38,634 nt of DNA, from IMG/VR virus record IMGVR_UViG_3300020044_004458, positions 1 to 38,634 of that record. One strand, 5' to 3'. A model generated the notes under the pieces. The model had not been told where the DNA came from and did no database searches. It worked only from the letters and a program-made list of their open reading frames with translations. The stretch comes from a virus. Lineage: Duplodnaviria > Caudoviricetes. The position numbers and the translations under genes were made by a program. Shown one piece after another: positions 15,901-24,806 of this stretch. Position 1 is the first letter of the stretch; every line of letters begins with the position of its first letter.

Positions 15901-18900
15901 TATCAGCCGCAAACAGACGGCTCATCATTAGTTCTAGATTTCCTGTTCCGTGTGTAGTGACAGCAACAAATGGCTTTCCAGTCTGAATCTTGTCATCGTA
16001 CTCACCAGCAAACAAAGCCTCAAGAAGACCGCTGTAATCTTTTTGATTGGCGTTAGCCTCAACATACTTAGCAAACATTTCTGCCTTTTCTGCTCTTGTC
16101 GTTTCTGCCGTGCTGTACTGACCAAGAGTATCAAGTGCTGTAAAGATAGGATTCTCTATTGCTTCTTTGTTTTTCTTTTTAAACTCTTCAATTTTATCAA
16201 ATTCATCTAAAACAAATTTAGTATCTTTCTTTACGCTTTCTTGCCACTTGTTGTACAAGTCCATCTGAGCAATGTACTCTTGGTCAGCAAAGAATCTTGA
16301 GTAAGCAGATTTAGCATCAGCCTCGTATCTTGCAAATGCTTCGCTTTTGTATTTTTTATACTCTGGTGAAAAAGACCCAAATTTACTTTCTGGAGGATTC
16401 CATTTTCCTTCATCTTTTTGATAAGATATCCATTCATCAAAATCATCTGGAATTTTATACTTCCTTCTCAGTTTTCCTAGTCTTAAATCATGGTCATCCC
16501 TAAATGCAGATTTTGAATCTTCGTATCTATCACTAAGAGCATCCCACTCTTTTGTCATTCTTTGATATTCAAGTCCAATCTTAAGGTTATCGGCACTTAT
16601 CCGTTCAGCATGAGCAAGCAGTTGTTCTGGATTTTCAATAGCCTCTAAAGCCCTCTGGTAAATATGCTCATCTCTTGTTTGGCGTAGCAATGTTCTATCA
16701 CCAATAAACGCTTTCATTGATGGAAGTTCAAATACATCCCCAATTCTGATAGCCTCTGCTCTTTCGTTTTCATCAAGAGGCTGGAACTTGATTGCAATCT
16801 TATCTTGCTCCGCTACGCTTTCACGAACGCCATTTTCAATATTATCGTAGACTTTATGATACTCACGCTTGGCGGCTTCGGTAGCCTGTTTAATGCTATC
16901 AAATGAACCAATCTTTCTTCCAGCAGATGTATAGGCTGTAGTCTTTCCATTGATGTTAGAGAATTTGAATCCAGATTCGTGCGTCATCATAACGCCATTG
17001 TTGGTCTTCTCCTGCACCATGTCATCTGGTTGCCAGTTCTCACGGATAAACTTATGGGCGTTCTTCATATTGATGTCGTATCTAGCACCGCTTTCAACTC
17101 TAGGTGTAGTCATTCCATCAATATTAAATGTAGTTACGCTGTGACGGATGCCTTCTGGGATAACAGCAATAGGCTGATGCTTGTAGGCATCGCCAGTTTG
17201 AAGAGCCATACGACCCATCTGGTGCATAACATCTCTACGAGCCGCCCCAAGTCCGTCACCTTTTTCAAGTAAAGCCGCAGAGTCAAGTTTCTTTGGGTCT
17301 GTAGAAGCCTTGGAAGCATTGCTGATGTAGCGGAAGAAATCGGCTTCCATAACGCTTCTGTCTCCATCAAAGAGTTTTCTATACTCTGTGTTTTGGAATA
17401 AGCGGTTAGCCTCTTGTTCAATGACAGCCAAATCAAGTGTGTGGAAAAGCGTATAGAATGTGCCGTCAGCCTTAATCTTAGTCTCAACATCAAACAACAC
17501 AGCCTTGCGGTTCTTGAAGGCAACATCTTTTCCAGTTCTTCTAGGATATGACGCATCTGTTGTTTGCTCTGTCTTGCCAAGGTAGCCAGCAGAGAACACA
17601 TTAGAGACTGTTCCATCAAGCATTGCATAGCCTTGATTGACCTTATCAGCCCAAGCCCTAGGAACAATGCCACCCTTTACAAGAGCATCTAGTTCGTTCT
17701 CAGACAATCTTCCTGTGATGACTGACTTGCCGTTTTCATCAATTGTATCATTAGATGTACGGAGATTCTTGTCTAGACCTGTAAGAATCTTGTGGGCTTC
17801 CTTGCCAAGACGAATGTTTTGAGTTACCTGTTCTCTTGGATTAAGTCTTCTATTGCCGTCCTGTGTTGTAAGATTTCGTAGACCATTGCTACGCTCAAAA
17901 TCTCTGAGGTTTTCAACAGACATGGCATCTGGATTGAATGCTTCACGATTAGCGTTAGAGGCGGCTCTGACCATATCCCGCATATAATAGTCAATTGAGG
18001 AAATGCGACCAAGACCCTTAGACCTGTCAAATGAAGCGTTCAGACCTTCAGAGAAATCAAATTCTGGGTTAGACTTGGATATCTTAGATTGCCAGAAGTC
18101 CTTAAACGAGTCCTTCGTTCTTTCAACAAGACCTTCAATGCCTCTGAGTTCGCCACCAAAGAACAAAGTGTTTCTGTTGCGACCCATCAACCAATGCGAG
18201 AAGTAGTAAGCACCGAACTCTTCTGTATACTTTTCAAGGAGTCCTCTAGACTTGTCGGAAATCTTTTTGTTGCTACCAGCCGATTCAAATTCAGCAAGAG
18301 CCTCATCAACAAGTTTCATTGTCTCGCTAGACTTGTCTGGGTTTAGCGTTCCGTCTTCATTATAAGAAGTAAGGTCAATGTACTTCTTGAAGAACTTGCG
18401 AACTTGATTTATGTTAACTTCACCAGTTCTGACAAGGTTACCCTTGTCATCAAATGAACCAATAAGTTTTCCAATAAGAGACTTTGTGAAATGGTCTTTC
18501 ATTGGAGACTCACGCATAATTGTGTGGAACAGTTCGTGCGGGAATGTCTCGCTACCCATCTTGTTAAGGTTGATATACATATGAGTCTTGCCATCAGCCT
18601 CTCTTCTCATCACGCCACCCTTTACTGAAGCAAACTCCATCAATGTCATATCCGCTTGAAGCAGATTACGCTCACGGAGCAACTTGTTTTCCTTGTCCAA
18701 AAATCCTTCAGCACGAAGTTTGTCTGCCAAGGCACGACCCTTTCTATTAAGTTTTCCGTCCTTACCTGTTTCTTGTGCAAGCATATCTATGATATCTTTT
18801 CTTGCACCTTCTCTATCTGATTCAAATTTCTTAACCAAAGAGTCAGTCCACGCTTCAGACCAAGTAAGAGAATCGTAGTGGTCACGAAGTTTTGTTTTAC

Positions 18901-20806
18901 CACCTAGTTCTTTGGCAACATCTGCTTGTCCGTCAATTTCTCTAAGGATAGCATCTTGTTGTGTCTTTGTTAACTTATCAAATGTCTTGGCAACATCTGT
19001 GTACTTTCTTAAATTGAGAGGAATGTTTCCTGCTGGCTTGTTAGGATTTGCAGAATCTTTGGCTGAAGCCTTTTTAAGAACCTCAAGGAAAGTCTTGCTA
19101 TCACCAACAAAGTCTCCACCGATAGAACGGAGGATATACATAGCCTTTGACTTAGAAGGTCTATCTCCACCAAATTCGTGGTCTATAGCAGACAGTTCCA
19201 TGAACTTTCCTGTGCTTGGATTGTATCCTTTCTTTTTAGCCTCAACCTCAAACTGGTCTGGAGTCATTGCGTGGAACTCAAAGTTCGGAGCAACCTTATC
19301 AATGCCAGCAATGATGCCGTTAACTAAGTCTACATCTTGCCCCCTAGCCTCGGCAGTTTTCTGCATGGCTTGGAAGAACATAGCCTTTTCTGGATTAGTT
19401 ACCTTGTGACCTTCGATAACCATCTTGGCTTGGACAACTCGTCTTGCAACATTAGTACCTCCAGTTACATCGGCAACCATTTTGCCAGCAGTACCGCCAA
19501 CAGCACCTAGGGCAACGCCAGCACCAATACCGCTATACATACCTTCTTGACCACCGCTAAGATAACCAAGACCGCCACCAATAACTGCACCTTGAGCCGA
19601 TGCCTCTACTGCGTTCCAGCCATAGGCAAACATGGGGTCAACCGCATTAAGTGCCTTCAAAAGTCCATTAGCGTGAGGGCTTAGTTTAACCCCATTTTTT
19701 TTAGCCTGTTCAAGCGACTCAGCCGCCCAAGAATTGATACCACGACCAAATTTGTTCTTAGATATAGTATCACCTACAAGGGTAAGAGCCTCACCAAAGC
19801 CTCTTGCAGAAGACCCTACTAGGTAGGCATCTGAAAGAGTAGAAGCATAAGGGACAGCATAACCAGCAACTGCTGAAGCAGAAAAGCCTATTCCAGACAT
19901 TCTGGCAGTCTGGGCGAACTCTTTAGCCCCTACGCCTGTCGTGGCTTCAAAAGCCTCTCCAGCCTTATCCAATCCAAAATCAATAGTATTTCTAACAGCA
20001 CCACCAAGGAATTCAAGGGGTTGACCAACACCCCATTTAATTGTGTTTCCTATAATTCCATTCTTGATAGCCGCAGATTTAGCACTAGCCAATGCAAGTC
20101 TTTCACCAAGACCAACGGCACGAAGACCAGTAGAGGCAATCTTACCAAATGGAATAAACAAAGTAGGGTCAGCAATATAAGCCATTGCCTGTGTCACTTC
20201 GTGGTTAATCATATCCTTGTCCATAACAAGGGTCTGTTTACCTTCCGCTAATTCAGCAGAATCTTTGTTGAACTTTAATGCAGAAATATATTGATTATAT
20301 CTATCTTCAATCGTGCCTGTGCCATTAAGAAAATCCTTAACTCTAAACAAAACAGAATCTGTGTTTTGGGACTCAGCCAACATTCCGTAGAAGTTTCTTG
20401 TACCCTGTGAAAATGCCTCAACTGCTGTGGCTGGCATCTTTGATGCAACATCAGAAGGGTTATCAAACACAGCACCAAATGCTTTCGATAGGTCTGCCAT
20501 CACTTGTTCGCCACCTTCGGCTATCTTGCCAAGCCCATCAAAGAACGATATTTCTTGCGTCTTGTGCCATTTCTCAATTTCAGCATACTCTTCAAGAGTA
20601 GGCATTTTTTGACCAGAGCCAGCCATTAAAGCCAACTCCTCTCCAGAGAGTGGAGCGTTTATTCGTGCTATAGCCGCTTGTCTTTCTTCTGGGGGAAGGG
20701 AAGACAGATAGGAATCCATTTCATTTTCTTGACCGCCATTTTGAGGCTGTTGCGGGTTATACCCAGTTTCAATAGTCTCAAATGGTTTAGCGTATAGTTC
20801 AGCCAT
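12908..20806 (-). CDS. Giant internal virion/DNA ejection protein; polyvalent protein with peptidase, ART-like, GNAT and zincin-like domains
   Basis: 2632 aa; last of three ejection-type genes; G/A-rich hydrophobic segments; HELFH...EEF; HGT...SKAYA...NP...GHDGIIF...YVVF; KKFRGNKLANVLY; EEILH...EF. Confidence 0.8.
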   Translation of the reverse strand: MAELYAKPFETIETGYNPQQPQNGGQENEMDSYLSSLPPEERQAAIARINAPLSGEELALMAGSGQKMPTLEEYAEIEKWHKTQEISFFDGLGKIAEGGEQVMADLSKAFGAVFDNPSDVASKMPATAVEAFSQGTRNFYGMLAESQNTDSVLFRVKDFLNGTGTIEDRYNQYISALKFNKDSAELAEGKQTLVMDKDMINHEVTQAMAYIADPTLFIPFGKIASTGLRAVGLGERLALASAKSAAIKNGIIGNTIKWGVGQPLEFLGGAVRNTIDFGLDKAGEAFEATTGVGAKEFAQTARMSGIGFSASAVAGYAVPYASTLSDAYLVGSSARGFGEALTLVGDTISKNKFGRGINSWAAESLEQAKKNGVKLSPHANGLLKALNAVDPMFAYGWNAVEASAQGAVIGGGLGYLSGGQEGMYSGIGAGVALGAVGGTAGKMVADVTGGTNVARRVVQAKMVIEGHKVTNPEKAMFFQAMQKTAEARGQDVDLVNGIIAGIDKVAPNFEFHAMTPDQFEVEAKKKGYNPSTGKFMELSAIDHEFGGDRPSKSKAMYILRSIGGDFVGDSKTFLEVLKKASAKDSANPNKPAGNIPLNLRKYTDVAKTFDKLTKTQQDAILREIDGQADVAKELGGKTKLRDHYDSLTWSEAWTDSLVKKFESDREGARKDIIDMLAQETGKDGKLNRKGRALADKLRAEGFLDKENKLLRERNLLQADMTLMEFASVKGGVMRREADGKTHMYINLNKMGSETFPHELFHTIMRESPMKDHFTKSLIGKLIGSFDDKGNLVRTGEVNINQVRKFFKKYIDLTSYNEDGTLNPDKSSETMKLVDEALAEFESAGSNKKISDKSRGLLEKYTEEFGAYYFSHWLMGRNRNTLFFGGELRGIEGLVERTKDSFKDFWQSKISKSNPEFDFSEGLNASFDRSKGLGRISSIDYYMRDMVRAASNANREAFNPDAMSVENLRDFERSNGLRNLTTQDGNRRLNPREQVTQNIRLGKEAHKILTGLDKNLRTSNDTIDENGKSVITGRLSENELDALVKGGIVPRAWADKVNQGYAMLDGTVSNVFSAGYLGKTEQTTDASYPRRTGKDVAFKNRKAVLFDVETKIKADGTFYTLFHTLDLAVIEQEANRLFQNTEYRKLFDGDRSVMEADFFRYISNASKASTDPKKLDSAALLEKGDGLGAARRDVMHQMGRMALQTGDAYKHQPIAVIPEGIRHSVTTFNIDGMTTPRVESGARYDINMKNAHKFIRENWQPDDMVQEKTNNGVMMTHESGFKFSNINGKTTAYTSAGRKIGSFDSIKQATEAAKREYHKVYDNIENGVRESVAEQDKIAIKFQPLDENERAEAIRIGDVFELPSMKAFIGDRTLLRQTRDEHIYQRALEAIENPEQLLAHAERISADNLKIGLEYQRMTKEWDALSDRYEDSKSAFRDDHDLRLGKLRRKYKIPDDFDEWISYQKDEGKWNPPESKFGSFSPEYKKYKSEAFARYEADAKSAYSRFFADQEYIAQMDLYNKWQESVKKDTKFVLDEFDKIEEFKKKNKEAIENPIFTALDTLGQYSTAETTRAEKAEMFAKYVEANANQKDYSGLLEALFAGEYDDKIQTGKPFVAVTTHGTGNLELMMSRLFAADKLGSHYDIPSSRMGSFSAGSQNTSKAYARKPEVIDRSPVARFKRLTSFLNEEGMTDKTTEQYKLTQDFIDLYRGHLESLGYDEGTVDTLWRGFLHQRNPFNTSLELERFPQKVVDAWRELVKKDNESLPPPAPDKQMQLRKVIRMDNPYVVVDPRSYEEHYISPHMKRAMEAGHDGIIFKRFADGGQRDNVYVVFKDYMKDNIKPIDTSFDDVSVPRGKDESGRVLKTGRELRLDFQPTDEAEGGRVYDFNSPKFKSSFIGKYAEENPERLQNKNLEFVKRRDGSYRITMTDNSGATKKIGHITADLDMSVKGEGIAVISSNIDKKFRGNKLANVLYSEMAERLRAMGVKYVDGTIVNPEGIPVQVRNSVIGQTYYKGSNKPALREDAAKKIQAIQSIYPSKGIEVYNELDFNARYQPSEGWEKSRELGMKSTWNNLPEVSRKLLQLNIDTFGLTNNAYEAGYLLPDARMLDFSGRSQSSGFKRVNGKNVPTTKFDDFKDSRHIDHREAEMLPEDGNVDDVISRMQEAGAIRFDHNDGSTYVDIGSVPTLKQYDALINILKFHTENPKEHTFAVDIRKGKNIESPVYITDVSNPSRVIAELKREVNRIYNTKSEPKSNYQPADGEQGGNKARYDIDKAIVEKLKEKFKGYKNLTAKDMLEFIVENKGQFSPLALRMLESLDDHGLGAFVQQQTSTLGSTQKGTRGQTYHNYNPNNNTVNMLLERNVERRRGWTNSFEELMMEEILHAVTTEKIPDVIKHGSTIENTLKNVDHFLRNKKKYEYQWREEWKTEGGATEDWFVIADAYKQVHKHFASGKFPDGTAIDKNAKHFIEYRLTNMGEFVVGITQDNYVQKILSQIKVPKTERSILTRLLEAIKRIWNFDDSVIDSLLAHTSDAVGTVIQRKKIGFETVGTGRFPEKSKQYFDGMPEPKFQPAEGWRDWQSERTSVGSVIKNTAGYLIMVQRGKFKVYNPAKAIIGIYDNEDQAKRRVQKDEPRQ

Positions 20807-20814
20807 TGTAAATG

Positions 20815-23421
20815 TTATTTAAGAGCGTCTGGAATTTTGTTAGTTAAGTTCCATTGCAGAGCAGTACCTTTCTTCCCACCCCTTGCTTCAAAGTCAAGTT
20901 CTAACTTAGATTTTCCAGTTCTGCCCAGACGAAGGCTCTTTTCAATTTCAGCATTAGATTGACCAGTTCTTCTTACTTCAAGTCCATATAGGGCTGGTTT
21001 GTCTGTCAATCTATTATTAACTCTACGCATGATTTCTGTTAGTTTAGCCCTATCAGAAGACTCAAGAGACCAGAACTTTGTCGGGTCAGCCACAACATCT
21101 TCAATGAGTTGTTGTTCATAGTTAGAAACTGTACCAACACCAATAATGTCAGTTCTCAGACCAGCCTTAATTTGAGGCAAGAGAGCCTTGGCTTCACCCC
21201 ACAGTTTAGCGTTCCAAGGCATAGATTCACCAACCATGTCATTGATTTCGATAAGTCTACCAATAGCAACTCTAGCATTTGAAGTCTCAAGCATTTCAGT
21301 TCTGAATTTAAATGCTTCCGTAGGAGTTCCAGCAAAGATACCACGAACATAGATTCCAGACTTAGGAACAAGTTCAGAGAACTCAAGACCTCCACTAGCG
21401 TTTGGCTGACCAAATGTAACAGACTTTTCTTCAGCAATTTCTTTGTTAGACATTATTTTTGGCTGTTGCATCTGAATCTGTTTCCATTCCTTACCATCGT
21501 GCATAAACGCACCATAAGGAGTTTCCATCGTCTTAAAGTTGGCTTCTGGATAAATAGCCTTAAATGACTCTTCAAACGAAGCAGGAATATATCCATACTT
21601 TTTAGTAAAGAAATTCTTCATGTCAGTACGCTTGCTTTCAACTGACGAAGCAACTTGCTGTGTAGTTGTACCAAGCGACATATTTCTTTGATTAGTCAAA
21701 GCGTACGAAGGTTCTGGCTTGGCTTCTGCTGTTGCTCCAACTTGTTGAGCCTTGGAAATATCTGCTGGCTTTGCGTTTACGATTCCAGTTGCAATTCTAT
21801 TTTCCAACTCAGATTTCTTATTTTCTAGAGATTTGCGAATATCCAAAGGGTCAGTAGACTTTGTGGTATATAGTTTTGTCTCTAATTTAGATAATATTGG
21901 GTATACTCCAGAATCAATAATTTGTCTTTCTTTTGTTGTTATTCTTCTAAGTTCTCCAGTAGGGAAACTTGTACCCTTTATAGCGTCTGGATTTTTGTTT
22001 AAAAATTCTTTTACATTTTCTGGCGTTATGTTTATTCCACTTCTGATTATTGCTTCGGAAGCAAATTCCTTGCTGTTATCAATTTGGGATTCTATTCTCC
22101 ATTTTGTAATTGAATCACCAATTCTGCTCCAGAATGAAGGTTCTAATGTTTCGCCACGCTCTATAGATTCATCAATAGCCTTAATTTGAGCATCAATGCT
22201 ATTAAGTTCTTCCTTTGCTTTGTCTTTAACTCCTTCAGCACCAACAGGTTTTTCTGTTTCCTCAATATTAAGTTTTGCAGATGCAATTTTAAGTCTTCGG
22301 TCTTTAGCACTTTCTTTAAAGTAATCAAGTTGCTCATTAATCACAGAATCCATTTTGTCTGTGTCTCCAGATTGCAATGCTAATTTAACTTTTTCTTTAT
22401 CTTCATCCCAACTTGAATGGGTTTTTTCAAGTAATTTTTGATAATATCTAGAAAGTGCTGATACTTTGTCTCCTATATTTGAACTTTTTGCAGCAGGAGA
22501 AAGCAAATCAATGTTATCATTTGCAAACAGTAAATCAGTTTCCTCCCTTGAAACTATTTCTTTCCATTTTTTACTAACAGGATTTTCGGGAGTTTCTGTT
22601 GTCTCTTGAACCTTTGGAGGAGCAAGTTGGTCTTTAACTGATGTAGCAGTTCTTTCGTACATACTTGCTTCCTTGGCATAATCTGTAACTCCAGTTTCTT
22701 CATCCGTTTGGATGTTATCAACGAGGTTCTGACCAGCATCAATCTGCTTGATTAGTGCTTCCTTAACTTCTGGAGGTATATCAGTTCTAGACATAGCAGA
22801 AGCCTTGAAATCATTTCTCCATTCGCTGAGAACCTTTGAGATATCAACATTAGCACCTCTTCCTTTTGCTTCAGTTGCAAGACGAGTAACTTCAGCCTCG
22901 TTCTCAATATATGTTTTGTCGTAGAAGTAAGGCAACTTGCCAGACGGAATGATAGCCGTAGGAACAGTAACTTCATCAAACTCCTTAACTCCCCCCATAG
23001 CCGTGTTCATGTCACGCTTCATACGCTCACCACGCATAAGTTCAAATACTTGCAACTGTTGACCTATGTTTGCAAAGCCAGCCTTTACGCCTGTAACTGT
23101 ACCCATTTTTTGAGTAAGTGACTGGCTAGGAACTTTAGCAAGTTGGTCAATGTATGGTTGAAGAGACTTTGTGAATTCAGCGTGTTCTGGAGAATTTCCA
23201 AACATCTGTGCGTATTGCTGAATTTGACTTCCAAGGACTTCAGCCTCTTGAGTCAATATCTTGTCTTTGGCAGAGTTGTCATTATAAGCCTTTAGCCCAT
23301 CGCTCAAAGACTTGCCGAAGTCAGCCATCCCTCTTGCGTACATATTTCCTATGTTCGCACCAGCCTCTGCCATTCCAGTCACAGGAGTTACCCCATTCTG
23401 ATATTGTTGGAACATAGCCAT
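20815..23421 (-). CDS. Internal virion/DNA transfer protein
   Basis: 868 aa, helical, G/A-rich N-terminus; lies between the pilot-like and giant genes. Confidence 0.65.
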   Translation of the reverse strand: MAMFQQYQNGVTPVTGMAEAGANIGNMYARGMADFGKSLSDGLKAYNDNSAKDKILTQEAEVLGSQIQQYAQMFGNSPEHAEFTKSLQPYIDQLAKVPSQSLTQKMGTVTGVKAGFANIGQQLQVFELMRGERMKRDMNTAMGGVKEFDEVTVPTAIIPSGKLPYFYDKTYIENEAEVTRLATEAKGRGANVDISKVLSEWRNDFKASAMSRTDIPPEVKEALIKQIDAGQNLVDNIQTDEETGVTDYAKEASMYERTATSVKDQLAPPKVQETTETPENPVSKKWKEIVSREETDLLFANDNIDLLSPAAKSSNIGDKVSALSRYYQKLLEKTHSSWDEDKEKVKLALQSGDTDKMDSVINEQLDYFKESAKDRRLKIASAKLNIEETEKPVGAEGVKDKAKEELNSIDAQIKAIDESIERGETLEPSFWSRIGDSITKWRIESQIDNSKEFASEAIIRSGINITPENVKEFLNKNPDAIKGTSFPTGELRRITTKERQIIDSGVYPILSKLETKLYTTKSTDPLDIRKSLENKKSELENRIATGIVNAKPADISKAQQVGATAEAKPEPSYALTNQRNMSLGTTTQQVASSVESKRTDMKNFFTKKYGYIPASFEESFKAIYPEANFKTMETPYGAFMHDGKEWKQIQMQQPKIMSNKEIAEEKSVTFGQPNASGGLEFSELVPKSGIYVRGIFAGTPTEAFKFRTEMLETSNARVAIGRLIEINDMVGESMPWNAKLWGEAKALLPQIKAGLRTDIIGVGTVSNYEQQLIEDVVADPTKFWSLESSDRAKLTEIMRRVNNRLTDKPALYGLEVRRTGQSNAEIEKSLRLGRTGKSKLELDFEARGGKKGTALQWNLTNKIPDALK

Positions 23422-23424
23422 AAA

Positions 23425-24378
23425 TTATTTACTAGACCCCCATAGTTTAGATGGAGAATACTGACCACCGCTAGTATACTTGCTACCGCCAGCACCAGAA
23501 CTGTAGGAACTACTACCGCTTGTAGGTGTACCGCCCGAAGGAGTGCCAGAAAACAAACCAGAATTACTAAGCAATCCACCACCCATACTGCCAAGCATGG
23601 AAAATGCACCAGAAATCATCCCAGCCTGTGCTTGAGCATTAGCCATCTCTGCTTGCATTTGATTCTGCTGATTTGCGGAAATAAGTTGAGCATTATATTG
23701 AGACTCTGGTTGGAATAATTTAGCACCAAGACCACCATACAATTGTTGAGATTGTCCAAGCAATGTAGGTGTAGAGAATTGATTCATTTGAGTCATAAGA
23801 GGTTGACCATACATCTGCATAGCCTGTTGAGCGTTCTGTTGCCCAATTCCATAAACGCTACCAGCATATTGCCTTGCTCTATCTTCACGCTGATTAGAGA
23901 GATTGTATGAATTAAGAACTTCAGCCGCAATTGCTTGATTGCCGAACTGCATACCCCTAGCCGCCATAGCCGCCCTAGCGTTGCCTTGAGCCATACGAGT
24001 TTCCTGTTCAGACAGGTTTCGACCATCAGCCAAGCCACTAGCCGCTTGCGAAGCCATAGTGCTATATAGTCCAGCCGTAGTAGGGTCTAGCGTATTGTTA
24101 TATGCGTTTCTTGCAAAATTACCGACTTGACCATACAACGCACCTTGACCTTGCAAGTTCTGTTGTTGCAATGCCATTGATTGCTCATTGGTTTGACCAT
24201 AAATGCTTGCAAGATTACCCATTCCTCCCATAAGGGCTTGCTTTTGAATTGCTTGCCATTCGGGGGTGTATTGTTTCTCGGCACTAAGAAGTTGTCCTTG
24301 AATACCCATCTGCCCCTCAAGGGCTGATTGCATTTCATTTAAGTATCTTCTTTCGTTAGGTGCGTCTACTTTTGCCAT
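23425..24378 (-). CDS. DNA ejection/pilot-like protein
   Basis: Q/A/G/M-rich, AARGMQFG, hydrophobic G-rich C-terminal segment; podoviral synteny. Confidence 0.65.
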   Translation of the reverse strand: MAKVDAPNERRYLNEMQSALEGQMGIQGQLLSAEKQYTPEWQAIQKQALMGGMGNLASIYGQTNEQSMALQQQNLQGQGALYGQVGNFARNAYNNTLDPTTAGLYSTMASQAASGLADGRNLSEQETRMAQGNARAAMAARGMQFGNQAIAAEVLNSYNLSNQREDRARQYAGSVYGIGQQNAQQAMQMYGQPLMTQMNQFSTPTLLGQSQQLYGGLGAKLFQPESQYNAQLISANQQNQMQAEMANAQAQAGMISGAFSMLGSMGGGLLSNSGLFSGTPSGGTPTSGSSSYSSGAGGSKYTSGGQYSPSKLWGSSK

Positions 24379-24380
24379 TG

Positions 24381-24806
24381 TTATATATTGTTTAAAAGGT
24401 TTATGTATCTATTTGATAGCAACTTCATTTTATCAAATTGTATTCCAAACTTCTTTTGATTTTCCCAGTTTGGATATCTTTGCTTGAACTTGGTTACTAG
24501 TTCTCGTCTGGCGTTTGGGGTGACCGCAAGCCATTCAAGTATGAAAAGTGATTTGTTTGATTCGTCCTCTTTCTTGACGATATTTCCAAACATATATAGG
24601 TCTTCCATGCACTTGCAATCTCTTTGAATAGGATATGCAACACCAATGCCTGTTATTTTATTATCTTCAATTACCTTAAATAGATAGTCAAATGTAAGCG
24701 ACCACTTAAGATAAAGGGGAAGGCTTTCTGTTTTCCAGTCAAAATAATCCCTGCGACCAATATTCTTGTTAGTCGTGATAAAGGTTATTTCTTCTGAAAA
24801 ATCCAT
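24381..24806 (-). CDS. Hypothetical protein, possibly GNAT-fold (T7 gp13-like position)
   Basis: 141 aa; EDNKITGIGVAY beta motif; AT-rich. Confidence 0.5.
   Translation of the reverse strand: MDFSEEITFITTNKNIGRRDYFDWKTESLPLYLKWSLTFDYLFKVIEDNKITGIGVAYPIQRDCKCMEDLYMFGNIVKKEDESNKSLFILEWLAVTPNARRELVTKFKQRYPNWENQKKFGIQFDKMKLLSNRYINLLNNI

Noticed and set aside
12908-20806. Virion RNA polymerase (N4- or crAss-like) or intein-containing protein
   Set aside because: I found no DxDGD/DFDID or T7-type polymerase motifs and no intein C...HN/LAGLIDADG signatures.
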